Shown here: positions 1 through 9,260 of the stretch, in pieces
How the letters are laid out: each line of letters begins with the position of its first letter
How positions within the stretch are numbered: position 1 is the first letter of the stretch
Assembly (NCBI GenBank): GCA_046497465.1
Contig: JAWOFO010000016.1
Span: forward strand, 8,711 to 72,710
DNA length: 64,000 bases
Direction of reading: 5' to 3'
Source of the DNA: Desulfobia sp.
GTDB lineage: Bacteria; Desulfobacterota; Desulfobulbia; Desulfobulbales; SURF-16
Made by a program: the position numbers and the translations under genes
Notes under the pieces: model-generated
Told to the model about the DNA's origin: nothing
Seen by the model: the letters and a program-made list of their open reading frames with translations, nothing else
Database searches by the model: none

Positions 1-1449
1 GTCGGCTATGGTCCTGGCCATCTTGAGGATACGGTGATAGGCCCGGGCCGACAGCTTAAGCTTTTCAGCCCCCTTTTCCAGAAGACTGCTGGAGATCGAA
101 TCAAGGGGGCAGTATTTTGTTATCTCCCGGCTTCCCATACCGCCGTTATCAAATATCTCATCCTTTTCAAATCGTTCCTGCTGAATTTTTCTTGCTTTCT
201 CCACTCTTTTCTTGATTGCCGCCGATCTTTCACCTTCCGATCTTTCACTCAGTTCTTCCACGGTCAGGGCCTCTACTTCCAGATGCATGTCTATACGGTC
301 AAGAAGAGGGCCTGAAAGCTTATCTTCATAGCGTTTTATCTGAGTGAGAGTACAGGTACAACTGTGACGCCGGTCGCCGAGATAACCGCAGGGACAGGGA
401 TTATAAGCTGCCGCCAGCATAAAACGGGCAGGAAAAGTGAGGGTAGTCGCGGCCCGGGCGATAGTCACTGTCTCATCTTCCAGGGGCTGCCGCAGTACTT
501 CCAGAACAGCCCTGCGGAATTCCGGCAGTTCATCCAGAAAAAGAACTCCGTTATGGGCTAGGGAAACTTCCCCCGGCTTGGGATTATGGCCTCCGCCGAT
601 AAGACCGGCATCCGAGATCGTGTGATGCGGGGCCCGGAAAGGTCTCTGCCTGATTAAACCGGAGTCTTCATGCATCAAACCTGAAACACTGAAAATCTTG
701 GTAGTCTCCAGGGCCTCTTCAAATGAAAGATCAGGCAGAATGGTGGGCAGTCTCCGGGCCAGCATAGTCTTACCTGAACCCGGCGGACCTTTCATCAGGA
801 TGTTATGGCCACCGGCTGCCGCCACCTCCAGGGCCCTTTTAACATAATCATGACCCTTTACCTCGCAGAAATCCAGTTTGTAATTTCCAGTATCCCGGTT
901 GCCAAATTCGCATTCTCCGGCAGCAGGAATAATCGTACTGCTGTCTGCCAGGAAATCAACAGCCTGATGGAGATGGTCGACAGGGATGATATCCAGGTCC
1001 CGGACCACGGCGGCCTCTCTGGAATTGGCACTGGGAATTAGTGCACCTTTAAGGCCTTGCTGACGGGCGGTAATCATCATGGGCAGTACACCCTGGACCG
1101 GACGCAGTCTGCCGTCCAGGGAGAGTTCACCGATGATGCAGTACCGTTCGAGATTCTCCCTGTTGCATATTTGAGCCGCGGTCAGTATACCCACGGCCAT
1201 GGGCAGGTCAAAACCGGTGCCTGATTTTTTGATGTCAGCCGGGGCCAGATTTACTGTTATCCTCTGATTGGGAAATTCATAGCCGCTGTTTTTTATGGCG
1301 GCCCTGACCCGGTCTTTGCTTTCCCGTACCGCCCCTTCAGGAAGACCTACTGTGGCAAAATTGGGCAGACCGAAGACCAGGTCAACCTCCACTTCCACGG
1401 GAACTGCATCAATCCCCTGCACTGAACTGCTTAAAACCCGGGCCAGCAT
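1..1449 (-). CDS. comM: YifB/ComM-family Mg-chelatase-like AAA+ ATPase (3' end of the gene runs off the window)
   Basis: Absent from the ORF track because there is no stop in the window. Hand translation of the minus strand from the ATG at 1449-1447 gives MLARVLSSSVQGIDAVPVEVEVDLVFGLPNF... It contains Walker A GPPGSGKTMLARR, LFLDELPEF and the family-typical Cys cluster CPCGYLGDRRHSCTC. Confidence 0.85.
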   Translation of the reverse strand, partial: MLARVLSSSVQGIDAVPVEVEVDLVFGLPNFATVGLPEGAVRESKDRVRAAIKNSGYEFPNQRITVNLAPADIKKSGTGFDLPMAVGILTAAQICNRENLERYCIIGELSLDGRLRPVQGVLPMMITARQQGLKGALIPSANSREAAVVRDLDIIPVDHLHQAVDFLADSSTIIPAAGECEFGNRDTGNYKLDFCEVKGHDYVKRALEVAAAGGHNILMKGPPGSGKTMLARRLPTILPDLSFEEALETTKIFSVSGLMHEDSGLIRQRPFRAPHHTISDAGLIGGGHNPKPGEVSLAHNGVLFLDELPEFRRAVLEVLRQPLEDETVTIARAATTLTFPARFMLAAAYNPCPCGYLGDRRHSCTCTLTQIKRYEDKLSGPLLDRIDMHLEVEALTVEELSERSEGERSAAIKKRVEKARKIQQERFEKDEIFDNGGMGSREITKYCPLDSISSSLLEKGAEKLKLSARAYHRILKMARTIAD

Positions 1450-1503
1450 ATCATAAGGGTTTAGGGTTTAAGGCGATAAATCTTCTCTTGTTTCCGTTTC
1501 CCA

Positions 1504-4500
1504 CTATACACTCCCCGCTTCCAGGTCTCCGGTTCTCCGGGTTTTGCTCAGCAGCAGATATATAGGAGGTAAAACAAAGAGAGTAAAAAACGTGCCGATA
1601 AGCATACCGGCAGTAACAACCAGGCCGATGTTAAAACGGCTTGCCGCCCCCGGCCCGCTGGCTATCAAAAGCGGGAACACCCCCATTACCGTGGAAAAGG
1701 TGGTCATGAGAATAGGCCGAAGACGGATACCGGCAGATTCGGATACAGCTTCTAACTTGTTCCTGCCCTGTTCCCGGAGCTGGTTGGCAAACTCTACGAT
1801 CAGGATGCCGTGTTTGCTGATTAGGCCGATAAGGGTAATAAGACCCACCTGGGTATAGATGTTGATGGAGGCAAACCCCAGGGTAAGAAAAATCAGGGCG
1901 CCTGAAATCGACATGGGAACACTGACCATGATTATCAGAGGGTCCCGGAAACTTTCAAACTGGGCAGCCAGAACCAGGTAAATAACAACAAGGGCCAGAA
2001 AAAAAGAAATAAGCAGTTCCCCTCCCTCCTGGATATACTGTCTGGACTGACCGGCATAGTCTGCGGTAAATTCTTTAGTAAAAAGCTTTCCCGCTTCCTG
2101 CTGAAAAAAATCGAGGGCTCTGCCCATGGTCACTCCGGGGGCCGGAACTGCGGAAATGGTGGCGGCATTCAACTGCTGAAACCTGTTGAGCTGTCTGGGT
2201 TCAACCGTCTTTTTCAGTTTTACTATGGTGGACAGGGGAATCATCTCCCCGCTCCGGCTCCGGATACGGTACTGTTTGAGCTGGTCCGGGTTCAGACGCT
2301 CCTGTCTGGTGACCTGGGGAATAACCTTATAACTTCTTCCTTCAATGCTGAACCTGTTGAGATAGTTACCGCCCAGCATAACTGCAAGACTGTTGCCCAG
2401 TTCCTGCATATTGACTCCCAGATCAGCGGCTTTTTCCCGGTCTATGACAATCCTTTCCCTGGGCAGATCATACTTCATGTCTGTGTCAGTAAAGACAAAA
2501 AGCCCGCTTTCTCTTGCTTTCTGCAGAAGTTCGTCGGAAACTCTTTTCATATCCAAAGGCGGTTCAGTGGCTCTGATCACAAACTGAACCGGCAGCCCGC
2601 CGCTGGAGCCCGGTAACGCCGGCCTGCCAAAGGCGGCCGCGTCCAGACCGGCGATTGAGTCAAGTTTGTCCTGGACCAGGGGCTGCAGATCCATCTGGGA
2701 TCTTTCCCTCTCGCTCCAGGGAATAAAGACCATGCCGGCAAAAGCGGTGTTGCCGATGCTCACCTGGCCTCTGCCTCCGCCTCCGGTGATCATAAAAACA
2801 TGGTCCGTCTCCGGAAAAGAGGCCAGCGTATTGTACAACTCTCTGGCGTAAAGACCGGTCTGGTCAATAACCGCGGTGGGAGGAGCAGTAGCCGAAGTAA
2901 AGATTACCCCCTTGTCCTCTTCGGGAGCGAGTTCTTTTTTAGTCATGGTAAAGAGGAAATAACAGCTGACCAGAACGCCAAGGGAAAAAACAACAATGGC
3001 GGGCAGAGAGTTCAGGCAGCCCCTGAGGATCTTCAGGTAACCGTTTTTCAGCCTCTCGAACAAACGGTCCAGGAAAGACGCCAGACCGCCGCGCTTATTT
3101 TTGTCCGCAGATTTCAGGATTTTGGAACACATCATGGGTGAAAGGGTCAGGGCGATAATCCCGGAGATCAGCACAGCTCCGGCCAGGGTGAAGGCGAACT
3201 CGCTGAACAGGCTGCCGGTCAGACCGGTCATAAAACCAATGGGGGCGTAAACCGATACCAGGGTGATGGTCATGGCAATAATGGCGGTGGAGAGTTCCCT
3301 TGCCCCCCTAATGGCGGCCTGGAAAGGAGAGTGGCCTTTCTCGATATTGCGATGGACGTTTTCCGTTACGATAATGGCGTCATCCACGACCAGGCCGATA
3401 GCCAGGACCATGGCCAACAGGGTAAGCAGATTGATGGAAAAACCCAAAGCGAACATGAAGAGGCCGGACCCTATGAGTGACAGAGGCATAGCCACTATGG
3501 GTATCAGGATCGACCTTACCGATCCCAGAAAAAGGAAAATTACCACGATTACTATAAGAAGGGCTTGAACAAGAGTTTTTTCTACCTCGAAAATGGCGTC
3601 TTCGATGTACTTGGTGGCATCATAAGGCACGGACATGTTGAGTCCTTCGGGAAGCTGTTTTTCAATGTCCGGCAGCACCTCCCTTACCCGGTCAATAACG
3701 GCAAGGGCGTTGGCCGTAGGTAGGACATTTACTCCTATAAAAGTGGCGTTCTGGCCGTCAAAACTCACTTCCACATCGTAATTCTCGGCTCCCAGATTGA
3801 CCGTGGCAATATCGCCCAGCCGGATCAGGTCCTGGCCCGCCTCCTTGACTACCAGCTCTTTGAATTCCTTTTCACTGTGGATATTGGTGGTGGCACTCAG
3901 GTTGACGGTGATCGTCTTACCCTTGGTGGAGCCTACCGCGGTGAGGTAGTTGTTGCTTTCCAGGGCCCGGGCCACATCGGCGGGAGTCAGTCCCAGAGAC
4001 GCCATTTTGTCGGGCTTAAGCCAGATCCGCATGGCAAAAGTCCGGGCTCCCAGGACCTCGGCGCTCTGAATACCGCTTATTCCCTGGAGTTTTGGCTGGA
4101 CCACCCTGACCAGATAATCGGTCACCTGGTTGTTTTTCAGGACATTACTGAAAAAACTCATGTACATGGAGGCAGTGGTCTCACCTACCTGAACATCAAT
4201 AATAGGATTTTCACTGGCCTCCGGCAGTTCATTTTTGACCTTATTAACCTTGGCGGTTACCTGGGTAAGGGCCTTGTAGGGATCATAGTCCAGCCGGAGA
4301 TGGGCCTTGATGGAACTCAGACCCTGGATACTGCTGGATTCAAGATAATCAATACCGTCCACTCCACCTACTTCCTTTTCCAGGGGAGTGGTGACAAAAC
4401 CCTTGACCAGCTCAGCGTCAGCCCCGACATAAGGGGTATTTATGGAGATAACGGCATTAGAGGTCTCCGGATATTCCCTGACATTTAAAAGGGTCAGGGA

Positions 4501-4581
4501 TCTGGCCCCAAGCAACAGAATCAAAAGACTTATCACCGAGGACAGGACAGGCCTTTTTATAAAGATATCGGTAAAGCGCAT
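1504..4581 (-). CDS. RND efflux permease (AcrB/MdtB-like, 1025 aa)
   Basis: The 1025-aa ORF has 12-TM RND architecture. The N-terminus MRFTDIFIKRPVLSSVISLLILLLG and the two large periplasmic loops are typical of the HAE1 family. Confidence 0.9.
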   Translation of the reverse strand: MRFTDIFIKRPVLSSVISLLILLLGARSLTLLNVREYPETSNAVISINTPYVGADAELVKGFVTTPLEKEVGGVDGIDYLESSSIQGLSSIKAHLRLDYDPYKALTQVTAKVNKVKNELPEASENPIIDVQVGETTASMYMSFFSNVLKNNQVTDYLVRVVQPKLQGISGIQSAEVLGARTFAMRIWLKPDKMASLGLTPADVARALESNNYLTAVGSTKGKTITVNLSATTNIHSEKEFKELVVKEAGQDLIRLGDIATVNLGAENYDVEVSFDGQNATFIGVNVLPTANALAVIDRVREVLPDIEKQLPEGLNMSVPYDATKYIEDAIFEVEKTLVQALLIVIVVIFLFLGSVRSILIPIVAMPLSLIGSGLFMFALGFSINLLTLLAMVLAIGLVVDDAIIVTENVHRNIEKGHSPFQAAIRGARELSTAIIAMTITLVSVYAPIGFMTGLTGSLFSEFAFTLAGAVLISGIIALTLSPMMCSKILKSADKNKRGGLASFLDRLFERLKNGYLKILRGCLNSLPAIVVFSLGVLVSCYFLFTMTKKELAPEEDKGVIFTSATAPPTAVIDQTGLYARELYNTLASFPETDHVFMITGGGGRGQVSIGNTAFAGMVFIPWSERERSQMDLQPLVQDKLDSIAGLDAAAFGRPALPGSSGGLPVQFVIRATEPPLDMKRVSDELLQKARESGLFVFTDTDMKYDLPRERIVIDREKAADLGVNMQELGNSLAVMLGGNYLNRFSIEGRSYKVIPQVTRQERLNPDQLKQYRIRSRSGEMIPLSTIVKLKKTVEPRQLNRFQQLNAATISAVPAPGVTMGRALDFFQQEAGKLFTKEFTADYAGQSRQYIQEGGELLISFFLALVVIYLVLAAQFESFRDPLIIMVSVPMSISGALIFLTLGFASINIYTQVGLITLIGLISKHGILIVEFANQLREQGRNKLEAVSESAGIRLRPILMTTFSTVMGVFPLLIASGPGAASRFNIGLVVTAGMLIGTFFTLFVLPPIYLLLSKTRRTGDLEAGSV

Positions 4582-4586
4582 GGCCC

Positions 4587-5714
4587 TTACTCTTCGTTGA
4601 CCTGGGGATTGGGGGAATTATCCGGTACTATTGAGTTGTCTATGACAGCCTTGACCCCCTCCCGGAGTTTGTGCCGGCCGGCAATAACCACCTTTTCTCC
4701 GGGAGCAAGCCCTTTATTTATCGCCACCTGGCTCCCTCTTGTACTGCCCAGGACCACGAATTTCCGGGTGGCCCTGTAAACCGGGGACTCTTTGTACTTC
4801 TCATCAAGGGGGGACAACACAAAGACCACATCTCCGTATGGATTATGGTCGACTGCTGTCTGGGGTATGGTGATCACCTTTTCTTCCCGGGGCAATAGTA
4901 CATTCACCTTGCCAAACATCCCGGGCCTCAACTTCCCGTCCTCATTGGCAAGGATCGCCTGGATGTTCAGGCTGCGGCTTTTCCTGTTTATCCGGGGATC
5001 AACAGCATTGATTTTGCCACGGAACTCCTGCTCAGTCCAGGCGTCAACCGTAAAAACAACCTGCCGGGCCCTGGCCAGCAGTCCAAGGTGCTCCTGGGGA
5101 ATGGAAAAGTTGAGATAAAGCGGAGCAATACTCTGCAGGGATACCAGGGATACACCCGGCTCCAGATACTGGCCCAGATCAACTACTCTCAGGCCCAGTT
5201 CACCGCTGAAGGGCGCCTTAATTTCCTTTTTTTCCAGAAGACTCTTCTGCCTCTTCACCGTGGCCAGGGCCTGCTTATGTTCAGCCCTGGCCTTATCCAG
5301 CTCGGCCTGGGGGGAGGCGTTGTTTTTTACCAGCGGCCTGATGCGGTTCAACTGGATCTGGCTTAGTCTTTCAACAGCCTGAAGCCTCTCCAGTTCCGCC
5401 ATCTCTATGCTGCTGTCCAGCCTGGCCAGCACTTCCCCTTTTTTTACCCGGGATCCGGATTCAAAGTCTATCTCCGTGACCATTCCCGAAACTTCACTGG
5501 TAACCTGCACCTGGTTTATAGCTTCAAGTTCACCGGTGGTATCCAGAGAAGGCTGCCAGGTACTGGTTGAGACGTCCATGGCGGCCACTGTTTTGGGCGG
5601 AATTGTCCGGCCGGCCAGATACTGTCGGGTCTTAAGATTGACAAAATATTTCCAGCCAAAAACACCGCCAAAGATCAGAGCCAGTATAAACAGGGCTATC
5701 AAAATGCGTTTCAT
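4587..5714 (-). CDS. RND efflux membrane-fusion (periplasmic adaptor) protein
   Basis: The ORF lies 5 nt upstream of the RND permease. It has a signal/anchor MKRILIALFILALIFGG, a coiled-coil hairpin and lipoyl/beta-barrel regions. The start was moved to the internal MKRIL; the track start is 5744. Confidence 0.85.
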   Translation of the reverse strand: MKRILIALFILALIFGGVFGWKYFVNLKTRQYLAGRTIPPKTVAAMDVSTSTWQPSLDTTGELEAINQVQVTSEVSGMVTEIDFESGSRVKKGEVLARLDSSIEMAELERLQAVERLSQIQLNRIRPLVKNNASPQAELDKARAEHKQALATVKRQKSLLEKKEIKAPFSGELGLRVVDLGQYLEPGVSLVSLQSIAPLYLNFSIPQEHLGLLARARQVVFTVDAWTEQEFRGKINAVDPRINRKSRSLNIQAILANEDGKLRPGMFGKVNVLLPREEKVITIPQTAVDHNPYGDVVFVLSPLDEKYKESPVYRATRKFVVLGSTRGSQVAINKGLAPGEKVVIAGRHKLREGVKAVIDNSIVPDNSPNPQVNEE

Positions 5715-5903
5715 GGTTTTCCCGTTAAATTTTATGACAACCATTCATTAAAGTTATAGTTTTACAAAAACCTCTGCCCGGTAAACGTCCGTTAGAAGAA
5801 CACTTCCTCGAGTGCTGCCGTATAATAGAGAGTATCAAACAGACAGAGGCTGACATGTGGAGAGTTCAAAACAAAATCTATAATCAGGAAATCAACACAG
5901 TCA

Positions 5904-5943
5904 TTTATATTCGGCTCAGAATTACTCTGTCAAGATAAATCTG
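5904..5943 (-). promoter_or_regulatory. Sigma70-like promoter (TTGACA-17-ATATAA) embedded in an 18-mer shared with 25154..25171
   Basis: The minus strand reads CAGATTTATCTTGACAGAGTAATTCTGAGCCGAATATAAAT, about 160-200 nt upstream of the MFP/RND operon. The 18-mer TCTGTCAAGATAAATCTG (plus strand) is identical at 25154..25171. Confidence 0.45.
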
Positions 5944-6240
5944 GGACTATATTCAGTTAACAAGATTAAAATAGGAGAAAATTTATTAGTATTTCCTTTA
6001 ATTTGAAACCACTTCTAATGCCTCTGAAGCAGACAAGGGGGAGGCTTTATGGGCCCGGTAAGGAAATAAAGAGCAGTTAAGGTGTCCAAACCGGATGGTT
6101 TGACAGCAAATGGAAAATGATTAGGTTAATCATAAAAACACCTATAGCTAATGACCGTGCAAACTTTTTCGCCGCATAATTCGAAACATTTATTACAGTC
6201 GGCGACGGAATATTAAGATCATGACGAGGAAACAAAAAAC

Positions 6241-7407
6241 ATGACAATCGACCGGCAGCAACTGGATCACCTGACAGCATATAAAAACATGGATAACCCC
6301 GTCATCAGCCTATATCTGAACCTTACCCCGCCGCGCAATGTTTCGGCCGAACTGAATTCCATGCTCCATAAGGTCCGCATGGAAATCGCTGAGCAGTTCG
6401 GCAAAAAACAGCGTAAAGCTCTCGACAGGGTGCTGGAGAGCATCGAACAACACTTTCGCGAAAATTATGACCGGCCGTCGGGATGCCGTTTGGTCGCCCT
6501 GTTCGCCGATGCCGACGGCCTGTGGCAGGAACACACCCTCCCGGTGGCCATGCCCAGCCAGATCGTAGTGGAACCCGATACCTACACCCGCCCACTGATC
6601 ATGCTGCTCGAGGAATTCAGCCATTATTGCGTTCTGGTCTGCGACAGCCGCAAAGCCAGAATATTTTCCTTATATCTGGAGGACTTTGAGGAAGAGCCGG
6701 ATATCTATCTGGAAGACAATGTACCGGACCGGGTCCGGGTCAATCGTTCCCGCACCATAGCCGGAGGAAACGTTCAAGGCGGTCTGGGCGACGAAAACAT
6801 CCGGCATCATATCGAGGACCATATCCAACACCATTTAAAAAATACGGCCGCCAGAGTCTTCCGGATGTTCAGACAAAAAAATTTCCACCGTCTGATTCTG
6901 GGCGGCCCTGAAAACAAAATTCGTCAACAGTTTAAAAACCACCTGCACAGCTATCTACGCCGACGCCTGGTCGGCGAATTCAAGGTCAGCCCCAACGACA
7001 GAGACGAAGTGTTGCGCCAGAAGGCACTGGAGACAGTCCATGCCTGGGAAAGAGAACAGGAGAAAGCCCTTATTGCCGAACTGTTCGAAAAAAACTGGGC
7101 CAACGGTCTGGGCGTGCTAGGCATAGAGCCGGTACTGGACGCTCTGAAAATGGGACAGGTTCATACCCTTGTTATCGAAAAAGATTTCAGACAAAACGGT
7201 ACCCTGTGCCATCAGGATCGTATTCTGTCCACATACCTTGCAACCTGCCCGCTTTGTGGCAGGACCATGGAAAAGACTGAAAATCTGGCCAACTATATGG
7301 TAAAAGAAGCGCTTGCCCAAGACGCGGAAATCAGGCATATTTTTACCGAACATGAAGACTTCGGCCATTACAAGGTGGGCGCCCTTCTCAGGTTTACCCT
7401 GGCCTGA
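6241..7407 (+). CDS. Bacterial archaeo-eukaryotic release factor-like protein (baeRF; eRF1/Pelota fold)
   Basis: The C-terminal part GVLGIEPVLDALKMGQVHTLVIEKDF...CPLCGRTMEK...AEIRHIF...YKVGALLRF matches aRF1/Pelota domain 3, including the zinc-ribbon insert. HYCVLVCDSRKARIFSL resembles the start of domain 2. GGN (aa 175-177) sits where eRF1 has GGQ. Confidence 0.6.
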   Translation: MTIDRQQLDHLTAYKNMDNPVISLYLNLTPPRNVSAELNSMLHKVRMEIAEQFGKKQRKALDRVLESIEQHFRENYDRPSGCRLVALFADADGLWQEHTLPVAMPSQIVVEPDTYTRPLIMLLEEFSHYCVLVCDSRKARIFSLYLEDFEEEPDIYLEDNVPDRVRVNRSRTIAGGNVQGGLGDENIRHHIEDHIQHHLKNTAARVFRMFRQKNFHRLILGGPENKIRQQFKNHLHSYLRRRLVGEFKVSPNDRDEVLRQKALETVHAWEREQEKALIAELFEKNWANGLGVLGIEPVLDALKMGQVHTLVIEKDFRQNGTLCHQDRILSTYLATCPLCGRTMEKTENLANYMVKEALAQDAEIRHIFTEHEDFGHYKVGALLRFTLA

Positions 7408-7612
7408 GCGCCAAAATTATCCTAAATTTACAAAATTTGATAAATAAAGAAGGATCTGCTAAAGATACCGGGTCTCTTTATTTTTGATTATGTTCAAAAA
7501 AATACCGGGTATGAAGCAATGCAGCTGATAAATGATCTGCTGATATCCCTTTCCGCATACTCATATGTCTGGAAAGACACAAACCAACAAATATCTGAGC
7601 GGAGGTTATGAG

Positions 7613-9154
7613 ATGAATGAAAATCAGCGGCGCACGGCCGAAGGTATTCTGTTCACAGACCAGTATCAGCTGACTATGGCTCAACTCTATTTTCGACTGG
7701 GTTTACATGAAAAGACTGCCCGTTTCGATCATCTGTTCCGGAACAACCCCGATTATGGCTCACATCAGGCGGGATTCTGTGTAAATGCCGGTATGGAATG
7801 GTTTCTGCATTGGATGCAGGAGGCATATTTCAGCGAACACGATCTTGACTACCTGGCTGCTCAGAAGAGTCTCAGCGGTAAACCCGTTTTTGACCGGGAT
7901 TTTCTGGAATGGCTGCGGGAGAACGGCAATTTTCAGGCTATAAACATAAAGGGAATCCCCGAGGGCAGGGTAGTTCATCCCAATACCCCGATTACCGTTG
8001 TGGAAGGGCCCCTGGCCCTGGCCCAGATCATGGAGACGCCCCTGCTTAATTACCTTAATTATCAAACCCTTATTGCCACAAAAGCATGCCGGATTCATTC
8101 CTCATCCGAAGGAGGTATGGTCATTGAATTCGGTTTACGGCGGGCCCAGTGGAAAGGAGGTAATGCGGGAGTACGGGGTGCCCTCATCGGCGGCGTTGAT
8201 TTTTCCTCCAACGTGGGCATTTCCCATGTCCTGGGGTATCCTCCCAAAGGCACTCATGCCCACAGTATGGTACAGGTATTTCTTTCGCTTTATGGAAGTG
8301 AACTGGAAGCCTTTCGTGCCTATGCCGAGGTTTATCCCGATGACTGCCTGCTTTTGGTTGATACTGTTAATACCCTGGAGAGCGGGGTCCCCAATGCCAT
8401 CAAGGTGTTCGAGGAGTTAAAACGCAAGGGCCATCAACCGCTTGGTATCCGCCTTGACTCAGGAGATCTTGCCTACCTGGCCATCTGTTCGGCAAGGATG
8501 TTGAATGAGGCGGGATTCTCCGATACCAGGATTGTCCTTTCCAATAAACTGGATGAGATGGTAATCTGGCAGATCATCAGCCAGATCAGGGAAGAGGCGA
8601 ACAGATACGGTGTGGATCCTGATCATCTCATAAAAAGGCTGATTTACGGGGTTGGTACCAGGCTGATTACCTCCCGGGGGGAAGGAGCTCTTGATGGGGT
8701 TTACAAGCTGGTAGCGGTAGAAAATAAAGGTAAAATGGTCCCGGCGATCAAAATATCCGAAACTCCGGCTAAGACCCTTAATCCCGGCAATAAACAGATC
8801 TGGCGGCTGTATGACAGCAGGGACAAAGCTACTGCCGATCTCATTACCATGGACCATGAAGAACCAAAAAGGCGGGAAACCCTGACCCTGCAGCATCCAA
8901 TTGATCAAAGTAAAAAACGGCGGCTGGAAACCTGTAATCTGACCGGCATGGAACCACTGATAAAAGAAATTGTCAGGGAAGGCAGTCTGGTTTGCGATTT
9001 ACCGGGAATAGAGGAATTGCGCAGGAACAGGGTCTGTGATTTAGAAAAACTCGATGCCGGGGTCAGGAGACTGATGAGTCCCCACATTTACCATGTCTCT
9101 CTTTCTCAACAGTTATGGGAACTGAAACAGCGATTGATTGCTGAAACCACCTGA
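7613..9154 (+). CDS. pncB: Nicotinate phosphoribosyltransferase (long form)
   Basis: The N-terminus [16 protein letters not shown] and later GLRRAQ, THAHS and the GIRLDSGDL motif fit the family. The start was set at ATG 7613, which lies 7 nt after GGAGG; the track start is 7565. Confidence 0.85.
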   Translation: MNENQRRTAEGILFTDQYQLTMAQLYFRLGLHEKTARFDHLFRNNPDYGSHQAGFCVNAGMEWFLHWMQEAYFSEHDLDYLAAQKSLSGKPVFDRDFLEWLRENGNFQAINIKGIPEGRVVHPNTPITVVEGPLALAQIMETPLLNYLNYQTLIATKACRIHSSSEGGMVIEFGLRRAQWKGGNAGVRGALIGGVDFSSNVGISHVLGYPPKGTHAHSMVQVFLSLYGSELEAFRAYAEVYPDDCLLLVDTVNTLESGVPNAIKVFEELKRKGHQPLGIRLDSGDLAYLAICSARMLNEAGFSDTRIVLSNKLDEMVIWQIISQIREEANRYGVDPDHLIKRLIYGVGTRLITSRGEGALDGVYKLVAVENKGKMVPAIKISETPAKTLNPGNKQIWRLYDSRDKATADLITMDHEEPKRRETLTLQHPIDQSKKRRLETCNLTGMEPLIKEIVREGSLVCDLPGIEELRRNRVCDLEKLDAGVRRLMSPHIYHVSLSQQLWELKQRLIAETT

Positions 9155-9260
9155 AAATCGGCCATGATGTAACCCCTGCATGTCGGACCGTTTTGGAATT
9201 CAGGAGAAAAAATAAGCGGTAAGTCAAGGCCATAGCTAATCAGTCCCTATGATAAATCTG

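Noticed and set aside
3877-4488. A 203-aa plus-strand ORF, together with several others at 1544..3568, lying inside the RND permease gene
   Set aside because: It is antisense to a strongly supported 1025-aa gene. The sequences are low-complexity and Gly/Arg-rich, as is typical of shadow frames, and no motifs were seen.
7408-7612. A possible riboswitch or leader upstream of pncB, and likewise upstream of trpE, fadD and the GGDEF gene
   Set aside because: I could not recognise any known riboswitch consensus (NAD+, c-di-GMP GEMM, TPP, cobalamin) by eye. trpE starts only 36 nt after rpsT. A covariance-model scan would be needed to exclude these.
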